This document shows positions 58,801 through 64,000 of a DNA stretch of 64,000 nucleotides, piece by piece. The position numbers and the translations under genes are program-made. Each line of letters begins with the position of its first letter. The stretch's first letter is position 1. Under the pieces are notes generated by a model. It did no database searches. It was not told where the DNA came from and saw nothing but the letters and a program-made list of their open reading frames with translations. This DNA comes from Azolla caroliniana (taxonomy: Eukaryota; Plantae; Polypodiophyta). The DNA lies in NCBI GenBank assembly GCA_043228905.1, contig JBHGNT010000006.1, forward strand, positions 21,514,001-21,578,000, in the 5' to 3' direction.

Positions 58801-61800
58801 ACAATAGTACAGGTCACCAAGCCAATCCAAGAACAGCTCATCATGAGAATCTACGGAAGCCCATTCAAGCTCAAAATGAGGTGTGGCCTCATATGCCAAG
58901 TCTTCATTCAACCCCCTTCAGGTCGGGAGACAGTTCAAGGCATAAATTAATGCGCCCAGCAAAGCCCGGCTCTTATAAATAGAATGGCCTAAGCGATAAA
59001 CAAAAGGCATTTGCAGGAACTTCTATGGTAGATTGCAACTTTCATATATCTAATAAACCTCTTCTACCCTAAATAGAGATAAAAAATACAGACAATAAGG
59101 AAAGTGAAATCCACATCTCTCCTGTTAAAAAGTGAAATGTTTATGAATCCAATAAAACTCATCAAATAAGCAACTCAAATGAATTTAAGCTAATTTCAAG
59201 AAACATTGAATCTCAGAGGATCTGCCACAATCTTATGGACACATATGATATGATTCAGTTGAGGCCTGGAAAACCCAAAACCTCAGAAACTCTAATGACT
59301 GGATATGGTATCCACATGTAACCTTAAACCAGCGACAGCATGTAGCTTTCCTCTAATATTCCCGTACTGTTTTATTACTTGTCAATCAAGAGGAAAGATA
59401 TAAAAAATGAAGTTAACCCTGGTACATCAAAGAGGCAATGCTTGACTGAGCAGTAAACCATTATCAAATTAGACCTTATCAATACATGGCCATATCCGAT
59501 TTAGTTCTTGGTTCAGCCATGATACCTGCAGACATGAAAACAGAATCCACAAAAGAAAAGATTAACTTTATGTAAATGCTGCAAGTCAATCAATGAAACA
59601 TGAATACAGATTGATTGACATTTCAGGTATTGAGTTACACCACAGAAAGAGTTAACTTAAATGGGTAACCAAAACTGGTAAGATTTGTGCACATGACAGT
59701 GTTTGGCTTATATACATTATAGAGATGAAATGAGCAACTCTCAAAAACTAGACCCAAAAAAGAGTATAAACAAATAGACTTGCCACATACTGTGCACCCA
59801 CACAATACCAAAGGCACCTATATAAAAACTTAAACACTATAATAAACGATGCACGAGTAAAACATGCAGAGTCATTTGAAGAAGAAAGCTCCGCTAAAGA
59901 ATATTATGAAAACAAAAACAGAAAGTGTGTGTGTGTGTGGGGGGGGGGAGGGGGGGGGAGAGAGAGATATGATATATTAGGCCAATCAGATCATGGTTGA
60001 CACAGTTATGTCAATTTTTTGGGGACAATAAGGTTGTGAGTTCAATACACAATGTGCGATGTGATTTAGGGAAAGTGATTCTATTTCATCTTTTTCTAGA
60101 CTGAAATCTTCAGTTGCTTCTTAGCTTCATAAATCTTAACAAGTTGTCTAGTTCCTTTTCCTTTTCTTTTCTTTTTAAATGATGGTTAGGTGAGAGAGAG
60201 AAATAAATCCACGATCCACTTCCTGTTGATTATACGCGTGACCATGCTGAAGCAAAAACTAACTGAAAGAATACCAATTCTACATGTTTCTACGGAATCC
60301 AAAAGCTCAGAGAGTCAATAGGTACTAAACAGGCATGTTCACAACATGACTAAGATGCCTATAAGAGGTACCCAAAACTCATCTACAAACATGTTTTTAA
60401 GAGAAGTGAGTATGCACATAGACAAAATTCTGATTCATTTCTATGGCACTTGAAATGTTGCAACCTTCAAAATGACTTACATTCTCCCATTCATGAAAGA
60501 CAATCCAAGATGGGGTAGCCTGCTTGGAAAAAATCCGCTTTATTTCAGGTAAACTCAAGCTTGCCATAACTGCAGTGCCAACAGCCTAGAAACATTATTG
60601 TGATTAGCACGGCGCTTGAAACCCTATCAATGTTAATAAGTACATATAAAATCAGAAAATAAAAAACTTTGATGGAAAAAAATTAGATATTACTGAGAGA
60701 CTTATCATCTATCAAGCTGGAATAACAGAAAAAGGTTTTGTGTTAAAATATGTGTGCTACAATTTCCTGCATAAATTTCATGTATATTCTAGGAAAATGA
60801 ATATTACGATCTCACAGCTGTAAGGATTATAAATTAATGACCAATTCTGTGGGACTTGTGTAAGATCTAAAAGACAAAAAGCTAAAATGTGGCCTTAGAT
60901 GCAATTTATTTCATTTGTGGATAAGAGTTGAAATGAAGAGAGTGCTAAAATTCTGGTACACATAGATTTGCCACCCCACTAGAACAAATAAGAGAAGTAA
61001 CAATGATCTGACCTTGAAACAACATCCCAACACGTAACATGGATACAAAATGAGAAATTTCTCTCCCACATAGATTTGCCACCCCAGCATCAGAACAAAT
61101 AGGAGAAGTAACGATGATCTGACCTTGAAACAACTCCCAACACATAATATGGATACAAAATGAATTAATTTCTCGCCCACATAGAGTTGCCACCCCACCA
61201 TCAGAACAAATAGGAGAACTAATGATGATCTGACCTTGAAACAACATCCACAAGTAATATGGATACAAAATGATTTTGTGTGCATTTGAATGCCTTTCGA
61301 GTGATCACTAAGAGTTCATGCTTTTGATGCTATTTTCACAATAATGGAAATTTTCAAATAATAATGACAAGGGGCTTAAATTCCTTGTTCCAGTACATAT
61401 GCCACTCCACCCAAATATAGAAGTCAGGAACTCTGGGATTGCAGCAACAACCCAGCAAGCAATGCGAAAAATGAATCAATTGTGTGTGCATTTCAAATGA
61501 TCAATGGGAAAGAACTTTAATCCATTTTAGAGCACCATGTAATTTTCAAAGTATCTGCTAAGTTTAAATAAGATGTAGATGAAAGGAGTGCTAAACTTTT
61601 GGTACAATATTGGAACCACCTAGTTTTGGTACAATTTCAAGACTCTTAAGTACATTTTAACCACTTCTGTACGATAAACAAGAATGCAGTTATGTTACTC
61701 GCTGGTTCAGTCTTAGAGGATGCATTTTGATCCATTTTTGTTGCTATCCTCACAAGAGTTGTAAGTCTTGTCACATGCTTATCAGCTGCCTCCATCGAAA

Positions 61801-62555
61801 AGGATGCATCTGAATGCTTTTGATTACAACTTGGAGAGCTTTTTGTGTGATAATGTTCATTTTGATCCCTTTCAATGTGATTGTGCATTTTGATTATGAG
61901 AATCTGGAATATGCTTACCAGCTAGTTCCATCAACATGAAGGCATCTTGATTCGTTTTGGTACAATTTTCACAATTCCATCCAAATTTGAATGGTTTTTG
62001 AATGATCAAAAGAAAACCATTTTAATCCCTTCAGGTGCAATTTTCGCAGGAATTTGACGATACATTTTGGTCCTTGTTGGCGCAAATACACAGAATATTG
62101 ATCATCATACATTTGATTTTGTATGGTGCGATTTTCACATGGTAATATTGCCGATCTAGGCGCTACTAGTTAGCCTCATAGAAAAATAATTGATTTCAGT
62201 AATATTTTATGCCCGTTCAAAATGCCTTTTGTGTGATCACTTCATTCGAACGCATATTGATCTCTTTTGGTGAGCTTTTCAGGGTAGTTTTACCGAGCTA
62301 ATTGGAATTAGGCTTACAAAAGCATTATCTTGATCATTTTTGGTACAGATTCCGTGTACATGCTTCACAGAAAATCAATTGTACATTGGATCCCTTATGG
62401 TACAATTTTCGTAATAGTTTATAGCAATTGATTTTCGAATAGAGGCTTACCAATTGGGTCCGCCGGAGAGCTCGCACGTTTTCAAGATAGACAAAAGCCA
62501 CCATAACAGCAAGTCCGATCACAATTCCAAGAACCACGCCAGAAATGAAGGCCAT
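52872..62555 (-). CDS. SYT5: Plant synaptotagmin, SYT4/SYT5 type (TM-SMP-C2A-C2B), 13 coding exons, about 571 aa
   Basis: Exons 62555-62451, 60585-60481, 59525-59475, 58652-58532, 58443-58322, 56855-56754, 56665-56591, 54714-54635, 54549-54399, 54245-54012, 53703-53401, 53319-53206, 53024-52872, all GT-AG and in phase (1716 nt). Motifs WLNQELNRIWP, SLGTVAPQFTG, VEDSMLWPVR, GKSDPF, PIWNEHF, PEWNQSFDF. Confidence 0.93.
55385..56564. repeat. 147-bp tandem repeat, 8 apparently identical copies, in a synaptotagmin intron
   Basis: Units start at 55385, 55532, 55679, 55826, 55973, 56120, 56267 and 56414. Confidence 0.97.
57800..58185. repeat. Diverged ~130-bp tandem repeat (3 copies), intronic
   Basis: tttcaac.t.tttgggtaga...tatgaca.ga.aatg recurs three times. 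Confidence 0.8.
60959..61272. repeat. ~110-bp tandem repeat (3 copies) in intron 1
   Basis: catagatttgccacccc...gatctgaccttgaaacaac...ggatacaaaatg recurs three times. Confidence 0.88.
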
Positions 62556-62799
62556 ACTGGAACGAATACAGCTAAATTCGGAAAACAAGAAGAAGGAGGA
62601 GGAGGAGGAGGAGGAGAAGATTAGGGATCAAGCTCTCATGGTTCGGTTTTTGCAAAGAAAGACGTCGGGAGCTTCTGAATATCTCTGTTCTGAATATGCG
62701 AGGCGGAGGGGGGAGGAGGAGGAGGAGAAATGGCGTTTGCACAGAAGAAGAAAAAGGAGGCAAAGGAAGAAAGTAGTGAAGACTAGCGATGGAAGAAGG

Positions 62800-63230
62800 A
62801 AGGAAGGAGATGAAGAAGAGAGAGAGTAGAGAGAGAGTAGAGAGAGAGAGAGAGAGAAGAGAGAGAGAAGAGAAGAAAGAAAGAAAGAAAGAAAGAAAGA
62901 TGGGTTGGTGTTGGTTGAGTCTGTGTGAAGAAAGAGAAGCTTTGCCTCTCTCTCTCTCTCTCTCTCTCTCTACTCTCTCACACACACACTCTCTCTCTAC
63001 TTCTCTCTCTCACACACACTCTCTCTCTCTCTCTCTACTTCTCTCTCTCACACACACTCTCTCTCTCTCTCTCTACTCTCTCTCTCACACACACTCTCTC
63101 TCTCTCTCTACTCTCTCTCTCACACACACACACCTGTGTGTGTGTCTGTCTCTCTCTACTCTCTCTCTCTCACACACACACACCTGTGCGTGTGTGTCTG
63201 TCTCTCTCTACTCTCTCACACACACACACA

Positions 63231-63261
<31 letters not shown>

Positions 63262-63307
63262 TCTCTCTCTCTCTCTACTCTCTCTCTCTCACACACACAC
63301 ACACACG
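62800..63307. repeat. Compound (GA)n/(GAAA)n/(CT)n/(CA)n microsatellite in the 5' UTR/promoter of the synaptotagmin gene
   Basis: Visible directly in the sequence. Confidence 0.95.
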
Positions 63308-63327
63308 AGGGGGGGGCCGGGGGAGAA

Positions 63328-64000
63328 TGTTTCTGGGATTTTTTGTTATTTCCCAAAATACCCCTCCTCATCCTCCCCCCCCCCCTTCCGCTTTTGTTAT
63401 TTCCCCAAAATGCCCCTCCTTCCTTCCTTTCTCCCTTCCGTTTCATATATTAGTTATATTTTGTATGTGCTTGTTTGCAAAGTATTCTCGAATAAACTCT
63501 ATCGAAACGAATCTTCACTAGCGTCAAGCGTCTTTTTTCAATGACTTAACTATGTAGCAAAGATTTAATGTTTCTGGGAGTTTTTGTTAATTCCCCAAAA
63601 ATGCCCCTCCTTTCTCGCTTCCATTTCATATATTAGTTATATTTTGTATGTGCTTGTTTGCAAAGTATTCTCGAATAAACTCTATCGGAACGAATCTTCA
63701 CTAGCGTCAAGCATCTTTTTTCAATGACTTAACTATGTAGCAAAGATTTAATGTTTCTGGGAGTTTTTGTTAATTCCCCAAAAATGCCCCTCCTTTCTCG
63801 CTTCCATTTCATATATTAGTTATATTTTGTATGTGCTTGTTTGCAAAGTATTCTCGAATAAACTCTATCGAAACGAATCTTCACTAGCGTCAAGCGTCTT
63901 TTTTCAATGACTTAACTATGTAGCAAAGATTTAATGTTTCTGGGAGTTTTTGTTAATTCCCCAAAAATGCCCCTCCTTTCTCGCTTCCATTTCATATATT
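63328..64000. repeat. 183-bp tandem repeat running off the window end
   Basis: Units start at 63568, 63751 and 63934, plus a longer diverged first unit from 63328. Confidence 0.92.

Noticed and set aside
62572-63544. ORFs of 105-251 aa rich in SL/HT/ER
   Set aside because: Translations of dinucleotide microsatellites.

Overview
Eukaryotic plant genomic DNA, probably from a non-seed plant (bryophyte- or fern-like retroelement lineages; inferred). About 1-48.5 kb is a nested transposon cluster. It includes: a 4-layer nest (old Gypsy < non-autonomous LTR element 2420-20201 < intact Copia 2656-15253 < intact, very young Gypsy 5804-12934); several relatives of a tRNA-Trp-primed Gypsy family whose 4-bp TSDs are CG-centred; a Tcn1-like chromovirus end; two decayed Copia elements; and two Sola-like DDD transposase remnants. 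The most unusual item is a decayed, intron-containing gene at 30997-34977. It encodes a ParB/Srx-like domain fused to a prokaryote-type beta-class amino (N6-A/N4-C) DNA methyltransferase. It lies head-to-head with a Sola-like transposase and carries about 15 copies of a 23-bp palindrome in its predicted first intron, suggesting a DNA transposon carrying its own methyltransferase. The right end holds an intact 13-exon SYT4/SYT5-type synaptotagmin gene (52872-62555, minus strand) with intronic and upstream tandem repeats. All family assignments come from motif recognition by eye; no database searches were run.
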